Below, one piece after another: positions 19,577 to 28,456 of a stretch of DNA of 48,674 bases. The position numbers and the translations under genes are program-made. Location: the sequence record SRR20825006_2952; one strand, 5' to 3'. How positions within the stretch are numbered: position 1 is the first letter of the stretch; each line of letters starts with the position of its first letter. The notes beneath the pieces are model-generated. The model ran no database searches. It saw only the letters and a program-made list of their open reading frames with translations, and had not been told where the DNA came from.

Positions 19577-20770
19577 ATGCTTTTTGGAACGAATCTAACC
19601 TATACAAAAGCTTTTAACTACAGGATTGTATTTGAAACAATACGACTGCACGGTACAATATCAAGAGCAGAAGTAGCTCGACTTACAAACCTTACCGCAC
19701 AAACCGTTTCTAACATTGTAAGCAGATTACTTGAACGAAATATCGTTATTGAAGGTCATAAGCTACAAAACGGTCGAGGGGCACCCTCCGTCACTTTAGA
19801 AGTAAATCCTGCTGGAGCATACTCAATCGGATTAGATTTAAACCGTGATCACTTAACGGGGATTCTGGTAGATTTATCTGGAAATGTGAAAACTAAAATC
19901 TATTATGAAGTAGACTCCCCTGCCCCCGACAAAGCAATAGAGCTAATGGCCTCTACCGTGAATCAGCTTTTAGAATCAAAAGAATTGGGAAGTTCTCAGT
20001 TTTGCGGAATCGGGATTGGTTTTCCTGGCCCTTTAGAAATAAGTCCTGACAATGCTCTCGTAAGCACCGTAAACCCCAAAACTTTTCCTAATTGGGAGCA
20101 TGTTCCTGTTGTAAAGATGCTTAAGAACCATATTGATGTTCCCATCTACCTTGAAAATAACGCCTCTGCTGCCACCATTGGAGAACGTTGGTATGGAATC
20201 GGTAAAAATATTTCGAATTTCTACTATGCTTTTTTTGGCGCTGGCTTAGGCGGCGGTTTAGTAATAAATGGAGATTTATACGAAGGCTATAAACGTAATG
20301 CGGGGGAAATAGGTTATATTCCATTTTCAGGAACTAGCCCTTTATGTACTTCTAATGCACCACATATTGGAGAACATTTTAATTTAAGCAGACTTTATGC
20401 TTGGTTAAAACAGTTTGGGATAGATGTTTATAGACCAGAAGATTTGGCAAAGCTTTTTGATGCTAAAGAACCTCATTTTATGTCATGGCTAGACAAAGCT
20501 AAAGAAATGCTCGTGCCCGCATTTCTAGCCATTGAATATATCATGGACCCTGAAATGTTTATTATTGGCGGACGCTTACCAAAAAATATAGTAGACCATT
20601 TATGCACCGAACTAAGCGCGATGATGTTTGAGAAACGGATTATTGAAAAAGAATACTTCCCTAAATTTCAAGGGGCTACAGCTGGAGCCGATGCTGCCGC
20701 ATTAGGAGCGGCCACCTTACCTATGTTCGATTTATTTGCGGCTCAAACACAAGTTCTTATTAAAAAATAA
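19577..20770 (+). CDS. ROK-family transcriptional repressor (NagC/XylR-like)
   Basis: N-terminal HTH ISRAEVARLTNLTAQTVSNIV, GRGAP; ROK domain GIGIGFPGP, LENNASAA, GLGGGLVING, NAGEIGY; divergent from the mannan operon. Confidence 0.92.
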   Translation: MLFGTNLTYTKAFNYRIVFETIRLHGTISRAEVARLTNLTAQTVSNIVSRLLERNIVIEGHKLQNGRGAPSVTLEVNPAGAYSIGLDLNRDHLTGILVDLSGNVKTKIYYEVDSPAPDKAIELMASTVNQLLESKELGSSQFCGIGIGFPGPLEISPDNALVSTVNPKTFPNWEHVPVVKMLKNHIDVPIYLENNASAATIGERWYGIGKNISNFYYAFFGAGLGGGLVINGDLYEGYKRNAGEIGYIPFSGTSPLCTSNAPHIGEHFNLSRLYAWLKQFGIDVYRPEDLAKLFDAKEPHFMSWLDKAKEMLVPAFLAIEYIMDPEMFIIGGRLPKNIVDHLCTELSAMMFEKRIIEKEYFPKFQGATAGADAAALGAATLPMFDLFAAQTQVLIKK

Positions 20771-20799
20771 TAGTTCACTTCACTTCACAGCTTTCAATT

Positions 20800-21240
20800 T
20801 TATGGCTTTCGGTTTAATACTACCCAATACATTCCGATATCCCGAATAGCATTCGAGAATCCTTCAAAGTTTACGGGTTTTACAATGTAGCTGTTAACTC
20901 CAAGTTTGTAGCTTTCTACAATATCCTTTTCCGCGTTTGAAGAGGTCAGCATAACAACGGGTAAGTTTTTTGTGCTTTCATTATTTCTGATTTCTCGAAG
21001 AACTTCAATCCCATTTACTTTGGGCATTTTCAGATCTAATAGAACTACTTTAGGCTGGTTGGTAATAGCTCTATCTGAATATTGATTTCTGGCAAAAATA
21101 AAGTCTAGTGCAGCTTCGCCATCTCTAAGCCTAACAATGGAGTTGGCTATGTTATTCTTCTTAAAAGCTCTAATTGCCAATTCAGCGTCTTGGTCGCTGT
21201 CTTCAACCAGTAGTATTTCGATATTTAAATTATTTTCCAT
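20800..21240 (-). CDS. Single-domain response regulator (Rcp1/CheY-like)
   Basis: ILLVEDS, LLDLKMPKVNG, VMLTSS, SYIVKPV. Confidence 0.93.
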   Translation of the reverse strand: MENNLNIEILLVEDSDQDAELAIRAFKKNNIANSIVRLRDGEAALDFIFARNQYSDRAITNQPKVVLLDLKMPKVNGIEVLREIRNNESTKNLPVVMLTSSNAEKDIVESYKLGVNSYIVKPVNFEGFSNAIRDIGMYWVVLNRKP

Positions 21241-21281
21241 TTAGCTAATCTAAGAGGTTTTTTTGCTTATTAAAACTAATC

Positions 21282-24206
21282 TTAATTGTTAATTTCTTGT
21301 TTAGCAAATTCAATTTTTACGATTGTTCCGTTACTTCCATCTATGGTTAATTTCCCATTCAACTGAAGTGTTACCACCTCAATCAATTTCATACCTAACG
21401 AAGTAGTTTCTTCATTTTCAAGTTTCTCTTTATTTAAACCCACACCGTTATCTTGTATAATTAAAGTAACAAACCCTTTCTCTTCAGAACTGGATATTTG
21501 AATTTTCCCATTCTCTTTTTGTACAAAAGCATGTTTATAAATATTTGTTACAATCTCATTTACTATTAGGGCGCAGGGAACAGCCTGGTTGATGTCCAGT
21601 TCTACGGGTTCCAAGTTATAAGCTGTTACTATATTTTTTTCTGACCTCATTACAGCTTCAATATTCTGAACCAATTTCTTGATGTTCTCGTCAAATCGAA
21701 TACTGCTAAAGTCTTCTGAGGTGTATAGATGCTCATGAATAACAGCAATAGACTTAATTCTACCCACACTATCTAGTAGTACATCTCTAGTATTCTTTTC
21801 TTTACTTTCTAACGCTTGTAACTGCATTAAACCAGAAACAACGGCTAAATTATTTTTTACTCTATGATGAATTTCAGACAGCAGAAATGATTTCTCATTA
21901 TCCCTCTTCTCTAGTGCGACCTGAGCAATATGTTCTTTTGTAATATCTTGGATAAAACCTTCTAAAATAAGTTCATCTTCAGACAAACTCTGTACTGCTC
22001 CTCCCTTTTCCCACACCCAGCGTATCTCACCACTCTTAGTAACTATTCTATAATTTAACTCATAACGTTGATTTTTCTTTAGTGCTTTTTGAGCTTCCTT
22101 TCTAACCCTTACTCTATCATCCTCATGGATAACATTATTGAAGCTGATCAATTTATTATTTACTAACTCTTCAGATGTAAAGCCTAATAAATTATTACAG
22201 GCTTCACTTATATAGTGCATCGTCCAATTTTCATCATTTCTACAGCGGTAAACAATACCAGGCAAATTACTTATCAGATGCGAAAGCCTTTTTTCATTCC
22301 TTAAAACTTCTAATTCAGCTTTTTTAACCTCCGTAATATCCTCTACTAGAGACATTATACTCGTTACCTTACCTTCATCATCTTTCATTACCGAGTTATA
22401 CCAAATACAATCTATTACCCTACCGTCTTTAGTAAAATTACGATTACTTGAGATATTTCCATCAATGGTAGAGCTTAGTAGCTCTTTTGCTGTATTTCCT
22501 GCTATTTCAACGTCCTTATCATAAATCAAATCGAAAGCTGAGATATTCTTCCCCAATATTTCATCAGAACGCCAACCAAAAATGTCTTCGCATTTTTTAG
22601 ACCAACTAGTAATAACTAAATCCCGATTATACTCAACAACTCCAAGAGGTGTGTTTGTAAGGTGCGTTTGAAGTTCCCGCAGTGCTTTTTCAAGTTTTTC
22701 TTCTGCATGTACTTGCTCTGTAATATCTCTAAAGTTGGATACTATTCCATTAATAGCAGGGTTATCAATCATGTTTGTAAGGATAGATTCAATCCAACGC
22801 CAACTACCCTCTTTATCTTTTATTCTAATAGCAAATGATGTGGTTGCGTTGTGTTTACCTTCAACTACTTTTTGAAATTGTTCTTGAATCAATACATTAT
22901 CATCAGGGTGTATTAGGGAACTCTCTTTACTGAACCCCATAAATTCATCCTCGGTATAGCCCAATACTCTTCTTAAAGTTGGAGAGAGATACATAAGCTC
23001 CAATTTTGGAGAAAGAATTGCCATCCCTGAACTCGAATTTTCAACTAATCCTTTAAATCGATTTTCTGATTTTCGATGCTCTTGTTCTGCTCTTTTTTGT
23101 TCACTTATGTCAATTCCAACTCCGAGTAAACACATTTCTCCATTATACTCAAGTGCTGCACCAGTAAAGTAGAAGGGGGTTTTACTGCCATCTTTCGCCA
23201 TGAAATTTGCTTCTACACTATCTTCTCCACTCTCAAAAACATTTCCAATTTTCTGTGTAAGCAACTCTTTTTCATCGTCGTCAAATAAATCTAATGGGTG
23301 TAAAAGAAGCATTTCCTCACTGCTATAGCCCGTAATTTTTTCAAAATTTTCGTTCCACTTTATAAATTTCCCTTCTTTATTGTATAAATAGAATATTCCA
23401 GGAAGGCTTTTTATGGTAGTCTCAGAAAGCTGTTTTTCATGATGAAGTTGCTGCTCAACTAATTTTTGTTCATTGATGTTTCTAATAATAAATATTACTT
23501 CATCATCAGAACTAATGATAAGACGCGCTTCAAACCAAAATTCAAAATCATTGTCTAATTCTAACTGGTATTCAAATATAACTAACTTGCGATTAGCTCT
23601 TACTTCCTGAACTTTTCTTGAAAATAAAGCCTGAAGCTTTTCCGATAATACCTCACTAAATTTCTTACCTAAAAAATTATCTATTGGCAGAATTAGCTCG
23701 TCGGGGCTGTTGCTATGCCCGTATATAAATCTATTATCCTCATCTACTTTTAAGATAATATCTGGAAGAGCTTTTATGAGGTTTTGTAGCTCAGAGTTTT
23801 GATCGTTTTCTACAGAACCTTTAGGTTGGGCTGTTTCTTCAAATGAAACTATAACAGATGAAACATCCTCTGTGTCATCTAAAGAAGGCGTTAAGCTAAG
23901 CTTTAGCCAAACATTTTCTACGGAATCTGAAGTAATGAGAACAACGTTATCTAAAAAAGACTCTTTAGTTTCTAGAACTTTAAGAAATGGTATTTCTGAA
24001 TTAGATGCAGCTTGACCATCTTGATTATAGCACCTAAACGGTAGAGAGGAATAGTACTCCCCTAGTAAATCTTTAGCATCGATTTTGAGGATCGAATTAG
24101 CTTTAGAATTCACAAAAATTACTTTGCCGGTTCTATTCAGTGCTAGTACACCAACTGGTAAAGTATTTAGAATGTTGTTATGTAAAAGAATTGAGTCTTG
24201 TTTCAT
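21282..24206 (-). CDS. Cytoplasmic multi-PAS sensor histidine kinase (HisKA_2 type)
   Basis: About six PAS/PAC repeats (DISE, DITE, DITK ends); EIHHRVKNNL H-box; NEIVTNIYKHAF, DNGVG, SLGMKLI; no TM segment seen. Confidence 0.9.
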   Translation of the reverse strand: MKQDSILLHNNILNTLPVGVLALNRTGKVIFVNSKANSILKIDAKDLLGEYYSSLPFRCYNQDGQAASNSEIPFLKVLETKESFLDNVVLITSDSVENVWLKLSLTPSLDDTEDVSSVIVSFEETAQPKGSVENDQNSELQNLIKALPDIILKVDEDNRFIYGHSNSPDELILPIDNFLGKKFSEVLSEKLQALFSRKVQEVRANRKLVIFEYQLELDNDFEFWFEARLIISSDDEVIFIIRNINEQKLVEQQLHHEKQLSETTIKSLPGIFYLYNKEGKFIKWNENFEKITGYSSEEMLLLHPLDLFDDDEKELLTQKIGNVFESGEDSVEANFMAKDGSKTPFYFTGAALEYNGEMCLLGVGIDISEQKRAEQEHRKSENRFKGLVENSSSGMAILSPKLELMYLSPTLRRVLGYTEDEFMGFSKESSLIHPDDNVLIQEQFQKVVEGKHNATTSFAIRIKDKEGSWRWIESILTNMIDNPAINGIVSNFRDITEQVHAEEKLEKALRELQTHLTNTPLGVVEYNRDLVITSWSKKCEDIFGWRSDEILGKNISAFDLIYDKDVEIAGNTAKELLSSTIDGNISSNRNFTKDGRVIDCIWYNSVMKDDEGKVTSIMSLVEDITEVKKAELEVLRNEKRLSHLISNLPGIVYRCRNDENWTMHYISEACNNLLGFTSEELVNNKLISFNNVIHEDDRVRVRKEAQKALKKNQRYELNYRIVTKSGEIRWVWEKGGAVQSLSEDELILEGFIQDITKEHIAQVALEKRDNEKSFLLSEIHHRVKNNLAVVSGLMQLQALESKEKNTRDVLLDSVGRIKSIAVIHEHLYTSEDFSSIRFDENIKKLVQNIEAVMRSEKNIVTAYNLEPVELDINQAVPCALIVNEIVTNIYKHAFVQKENGKIQISSSEEKGFVTLIIQDNGVGLNKEKLENEETTSLGMKLIEVVTLQLNGKLTIDGSNGTIVKIEFAKQEINN

Positions 24207-24415
24207 AAAATACCCTAATCATCTCATTAGATATTATAAAACAACAATAAGAGAAAATATAATTAGAACCTTCATATTTACTTTTACTGCACATCCTCAA
24301 AAATAGGACATTAAGCTGATATAATACCAAATCTTAAGATGATATGGATAGAGAACACTTTTTTGCCTTAATAAAATGAGTATCCAGCACCTATCTTTGT
24401 GAGATTTGAATCACA

Positions 24416-26233
24416 TCAAACCTCAACTGTAGACTTTATTCCTAACCCTAACTTAATTTTCTCTAAACGGCTTCCCTGTTCCAATGTCGTTGTCTTAAGA
24501 GACTCTAAATTCTCATCTTTATAAGCTTTAGTAGTACCAATTTCGTTACAGAGTACCATCCCTTCTTCTAAGTGAGATATATAGGATTTGAACTTTCTTA
24601 AATCAGCCTTTAAATCCGTGCTTTTTGAAATCATACCTTCTAGATAGTCTACATACATCACCATTTCCTTGGCAAACATATGCGGTCTTTCTGCGCTTAC
24701 TAACGAGTCGCTTTTACCATAAATATGCTCAACCATTTCTTTAAGGGAATAGTCGCGATTAAACCACGCAATATTTGGGCCAGGACAAATAGCTTGTTGC
24801 CCTCGTGTTTCTTTAACCACTCCCAACTCTATCAGAATGCCATTTCCTAGATGATCGCATAAACAGGCTTTCTCAAGCACTTTATCAATCATTTGTGTTT
24901 TGGCTTTTTCTTCTAAAACGATATCATTTTTAATGGCGTCAATTTTTAGCAATTGATATTCGGTTGAAGCTACACAAATGGGTTCTACAGTAAATTCGGT
25001 GTTCGATTTCAAAAATCCTTTAGGGCAAGGTGACCCTGGCTTACCTTTGGCTATTCGTTCTTTATGCCAGCGTTCTGAACCTGTATTTCTCACATTGTTA
25101 AACGGAACACCTAAAGGTGAAACATCGCTTAAGTATACATCTTCTTCTTTTGTATCTGCAAGAACTTTACGGGTTTCGTCATCTACTGTAGTTGCTTCAG
25201 GAACCATCAGGAATGGTGTTCCCCACCCTGTTCCATCCATTCCATAATCTTGTTGTAAGCGCTTAGACTCGCCAAAAGTACCAATACCACCCTGCACTGT
25301 TACGCGAGGCTCAGTAAACCATTCTGGCTGAAATTCTTGTCCTAACGATTCGTAGTACTTTTCAATTATTGGCTTAATTGATTCAACTAGTTGCTCTTTT
25401 TTTTCCTTGAACTCTTTCAATAAACTAGGCAGCAAATATCCATCTGATGCAAATGCGTGACCGCCACAATTCAAGCCTGACTCTATGCGATATTCAAAAA
25501 CTTCTAACCCTTTTTTGGCCAGATATTTCCCTTGTATAAGCGCTGATCTAAAGTCACTTACTTTGAGTATAATTTTCTTTTTTATCTCGCCAGTTTTGTC
25601 TCTATAAAAACCTTTGAATTCGGGAATATAATTGTATAACCGCGGGTTGAATCCTGCTGAAAGTATTAACGACGATGAAAGTGAGCTGTTAGCACAACCT
25701 CTTAACGCTGCACAAGCATCACTAAATATTGATGGTTGATCATCACCATCTTTCGTTTTTGAAAGTAAATCTACTTTCGCCATAATGTTAACATCAATAG
25801 AGCCCGGAACCATTTGTTCTGTTAATTCGCGGGCAAACCAATCTCTATCTTTACCTTCTCTCATTTCTAGTAAATGGATATATGCCTTTTTTAAAGGGCT
25901 TTCATCAGGTAAAAGCTCGAAGTATTTAGCTTTGTTATTAGCCTGAAAAAACAACTCGTCTTTTACAGCCTGAAACTTTAGCTCTACAATTCTTTTAACG
26001 ACCTCTAAATAGGCTGTTATACGTTTTGCTCGCCCATCTTCCTCTTTTTTAGGAATGCTTACAAACTCGAAATCGTACAAAGAGCAGTAGTACTTTCGGA
26101 TACGCTCAATTAATAAATCATCTACTACTGAAATTACAGAATTGATACCAAATGGGGCTACTCTTATGGGTGAATCAATAGAGTGTCCTGTTCCCATTAC
26201 TGGAATTGAGAATGAATGTGGTGATAGTAACAT
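24416..26233 (-). CDS. Conserved hypothetical protein, divergent nitronate monooxygenase/FabK/FabX-like flavoprotein with C-terminal Cys cluster
   Basis: ESGLNCGGH, VQGGIGT, GWGTPFL..PEA, SPLGVP parallel NMO-family FMN TIM-barrel motifs; Cys in CPKG, PICVAS, CLCDHL, ICPG. The CDS is certain; the function is inferred. Confidence 0.55.
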   Translation of the reverse strand: MLLSPHSFSIPVMGTGHSIDSPIRVAPFGINSVISVVDDLLIERIRKYYCSLYDFEFVSIPKKEEDGRAKRITAYLEVVKRIVELKFQAVKDELFFQANNKAKYFELLPDESPLKKAYIHLLEMREGKDRDWFARELTEQMVPGSIDVNIMAKVDLLSKTKDGDDQPSIFSDACAALRGCANSSLSSSLILSAGFNPRLYNYIPEFKGFYRDKTGEIKKKIILKVSDFRSALIQGKYLAKKGLEVFEYRIESGLNCGGHAFASDGYLLPSLLKEFKEKKEQLVESIKPIIEKYYESLGQEFQPEWFTEPRVTVQGGIGTFGESKRLQQDYGMDGTGWGTPFLMVPEATTVDDETRKVLADTKEEDVYLSDVSPLGVPFNNVRNTGSERWHKERIAKGKPGSPCPKGFLKSNTEFTVEPICVASTEYQLLKIDAIKNDIVLEEKAKTQMIDKVLEKACLCDHLGNGILIELGVVKETRGQQAICPGPNIAWFNRDYSLKEMVEHIYGKSDSLVSAERPHMFAKEMVMYVDYLEGMISKSTDLKADLRKFKSYISHLEEGMVLCNEIGTTKAYKDENLESLKTTTLEQGSRLEKIKLGLGIKSTVEV

Positions 26234-26320
26234 AGAAATATCTTATAAATCTTTTATTGCATTATAGTGTAGCTACATATCATGAAGAAAAAATGAAGTA
26301 GCTTCTTTGACTTTATAACA

Positions 26321-27112
26321 TCAAAAATCTTTTCTGGAAAATAATTTAACACCACGCCATAACGGAGCTATAATCCAAAGAATCAAAAAGCTTGTAGCTG
26401 CGATAATTCCAAATGAGCTTCCAAAAAATCTATTGAAAATTGAGCCTGTATAACCCATTAACGCCGAAACATCGAATTTGAGCAGTATAATAATGCGTGC
26501 TAAATCTATGGGATTAGAAAGGGCTAGAAAAAGCATTGGTTTCTCGATGGGGTAATCGCCTAGCATCACAACAAATAGCAGTACCAATCCATCAAATAAA
26601 ATGGCTAGAAAGAACCAGGAGATAAGAGCAAACCCTAAGCCTTTTAGGCGGTCTTCGAAGAATTTTAAGCCTAGAGCAAATCCCAAAGCTGTAAAAAGAA
26701 TGGTAAGAATAACGCCCAAACCCAGAATAAGAAAAGCTTCTAAACTTCCTACATCTTGAAATTGTCCGTTAATGAGTAATGGAATTCCGACGCCAATTAA
26801 ATACGCCGTACTAAGTGGGCCAACAATTCCACCATAAAGTCCCCAAAATAGGTTACTCCGTTTGATGGGCTGAGAAAGTAATAGCTCTGTAAATTCTCTT
26901 GATTGGTATAAGTGTAAAGCTCCATAAACCATACTAACTAGCGGAACAAACAGAAGCATCACATTTGAAATGCTTAGCAACGCTTTAGGCCCTGTTCCTC
27001 CAAAACGGATAAGAGCATCTGCAATTAAGAAATAAACCAAAGCATAACCTATTAACCATTTTGCTCGAATTAAATCTTTCCACTGATATTTAAGAATTGT
27101 TAGCGTTTTCAT
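26321..27112 (-). CDS. nosY: ABC transporter permease NosY (N2O reductase maturation, Bacteroidota-type)
   Basis: ILKY..KDLIR.KW, REFTELLLSQPIKR, DYPIEK, NPIDLARIIILLKFDVSALMGYTG, C-terminal RKDF match recalled clade II NosY proteins; ATGA overlap with the upstream ATPase remnant. Confidence 0.78.
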   Translation of the reverse strand: MKTLTILKYQWKDLIRAKWLIGYALVYFLIADALIRFGGTGPKALLSISNVMLLFVPLVSMVYGALHLYQSREFTELLLSQPIKRSNLFWGLYGGIVGPLSTAYLIGVGIPLLINGQFQDVGSLEAFLILGLGVILTILFTALGFALGLKFFEDRLKGLGFALISWFFLAILFDGLVLLFVVMLGDYPIEKPMLFLALSNPIDLARIIILLKFDVSALMGYTGSIFNRFFGSSFGIIAATSFLILWIIAPLWRGVKLFSRKDF

Positions 27113-27545
27113 GCGGCTGCCTCCTCCATTAGTTGTGCTACGGCACCTTCAAGCCGTTCCGTATTTTTTGAAATCAAAAGATTTTTAAGCGGTCCGTGAT
27201 AGTGCACTTGGCCTTCTACGATAAAAATAATGTTATCTGCCAGCTCTTCTATTTCACTAGTAATATGAGTAGTTAGAAGGATGGTTTTCCCAGCGTTTTT
27301 TTCTTCCTTAACAAGATTTTTGAATCGAATACTAGCCTGAGGATCTAATCCTGCTGTAGGTTCATCAAAAATTAAAAGTTTGGGGTTATACATTAACGTA
27401 AGTACCGCACTTACTTTTTGGCGAGTTCCACCCGAAAGGTTTCTAAGTTTAGCTTCAAGGTGTGTCTCTAACCCAAAGTATTCTATGAGTTCTTTAGATT
27501 TATTCTCTTTGTTATCTCGAATATCTTCAATAAGACGAATCAATT
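27109..27545 (-). pseudogene. nosF: 5'-truncated ABC ATPase, NosF-like
   Basis: Has signature LSGGTRQK, Walker B LIFDEPTAGLDP and H-switch LTTH but no Walker A or Q-loop. An in-frame TAA at 27573-27571 lies within the PAP2 gene's 3' end, so no N-terminal half can be encoded. Confidence 0.78.
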
Positions 27546-27557
27546 TTATTAAATATT

Positions 27558-28334
27558 CTACAACTTCACTTTAATATTTACCCCACCACCACCGCCTTGG
27601 AACATCGGTGTAATCTCGAAATTGGGTTTATTTAAGTTCATGTGCTTTTTTGATAAGTAATAACCCCAATATGTACCAATAAGTGCGCCGGCAGTTACAT
27701 CAGAAAGCCAGTGCTTTCCTTTGGCAATTCGAGCTACAGAAGTACTTATCGGTATTAAGAATAAACTATATGTGATTGGCTTAGGATAATATGCTACCCA
27801 TGGAGTTATTAGGGCAAAAGCTGTGGAAGCATGCCCTGAGGGAAATGAAGTTTCCCCCTGTTCAAAATAGTCGAAGTCGAATGCTCCATCTTTTTGATAA
27901 GGACGAGAACGGGCAAACATAAACTTTGCCGCGTTTACAGTAACAGCAGTATTAAGCACTGCCTGGAAAGATGTGAACGCAGCATCTTGGAATTTCTGAT
28001 TCGGACTTAATAGAGAAAGTCCAAATAACACTGCTGAAGCTGGTGCTACTATTTTAAAGGTTCCAAACTCATTAACTACATTCAAGTATTCTGAGTCTTT
28101 ATAAGTACTTTGAAAATACATACTATTTGGAACATCAACATTGGTAAGTGTGCCCACCCCAAAGCCAGCAATACCCAAAGTCACTAATTGGTTTGCCCTA
28201 AATTCTTTTACTGCTAAAATGGGATCGTTTACTAGCCATTTAGCGAATCTTGATGTTGATTGACTTTCTTGAGCTACCGAAGCTTGAGCTATCAACACAA
28301 AAAATATAAAAAGAAGCCTTAACGTTTTAAGCAT
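27558..28334 (-). CDS. PAP2-superfamily phosphatase with signal peptide
   Basis: KFMFARSRP, SFPSGHAS, ARIAKGKHWLSDV. Confidence 0.9.
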   Translation of the reverse strand: MLKTLRLLFIFFVLIAQASVAQESQSTSRFAKWLVNDPILAVKEFRANQLVTLGIAGFGVGTLTNVDVPNSMYFQSTYKDSEYLNVVNEFGTFKIVAPASAVLFGLSLLSPNQKFQDAAFTSFQAVLNTAVTVNAAKFMFARSRPYQKDGAFDFDYFEQGETSFPSGHASTAFALITPWVAYYPKPITYSLFLIPISTSVARIAKGKHWLSDVTAGALIGTYWGYYLSKKHMNLNKPNFEITPMFQGGGGGVNIKVKL

Positions 28335-28456
28335 ATTGAGTCTATAGATTTAAAGTCTTTCCATCAAAGACTAACTATGAATGGTAATTTAATAAATAGT
28401 AAAACTCAATACATCTTCCCTAAACGAATAATTAAACACTTATTAATTAAGCCTCA

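Noticed and set aside
20774-20788. (TTCAC)3 microrepeat between convergent genes
   Set aside because: Too short to be meaningful; not CRISPR-like or REP-like.
24398-24415. TGTGA-n8-TCACA resembling a CRP/Rex site
   Set aside because: The spacer is 8 rather than 6, and it abuts a stop codon; could be chance or a weak hairpin.
26307-26324. TTGAC-n8-ATCAA resembling an FNR box upstream of the Cys-rich gene
   Set aside because: FNR needs TTGAT-n4-ATCAA; the spacing is wrong and it overlaps the nosY stop.
27546-28334. Possibility that the missing nosF N-terminus is frameshifted within the PAP2 gene
   Set aside because: The region is a complete PAP2 gene with intact motifs and I saw no Walker A there; a deletion explains it better.
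28354-28372. Inverted repeat AGTCTTT-CCATC-AAAGACT upstream of the PAP2 gene
   Set aside because: Single occurrence, no U-tract and no assignable regulator.
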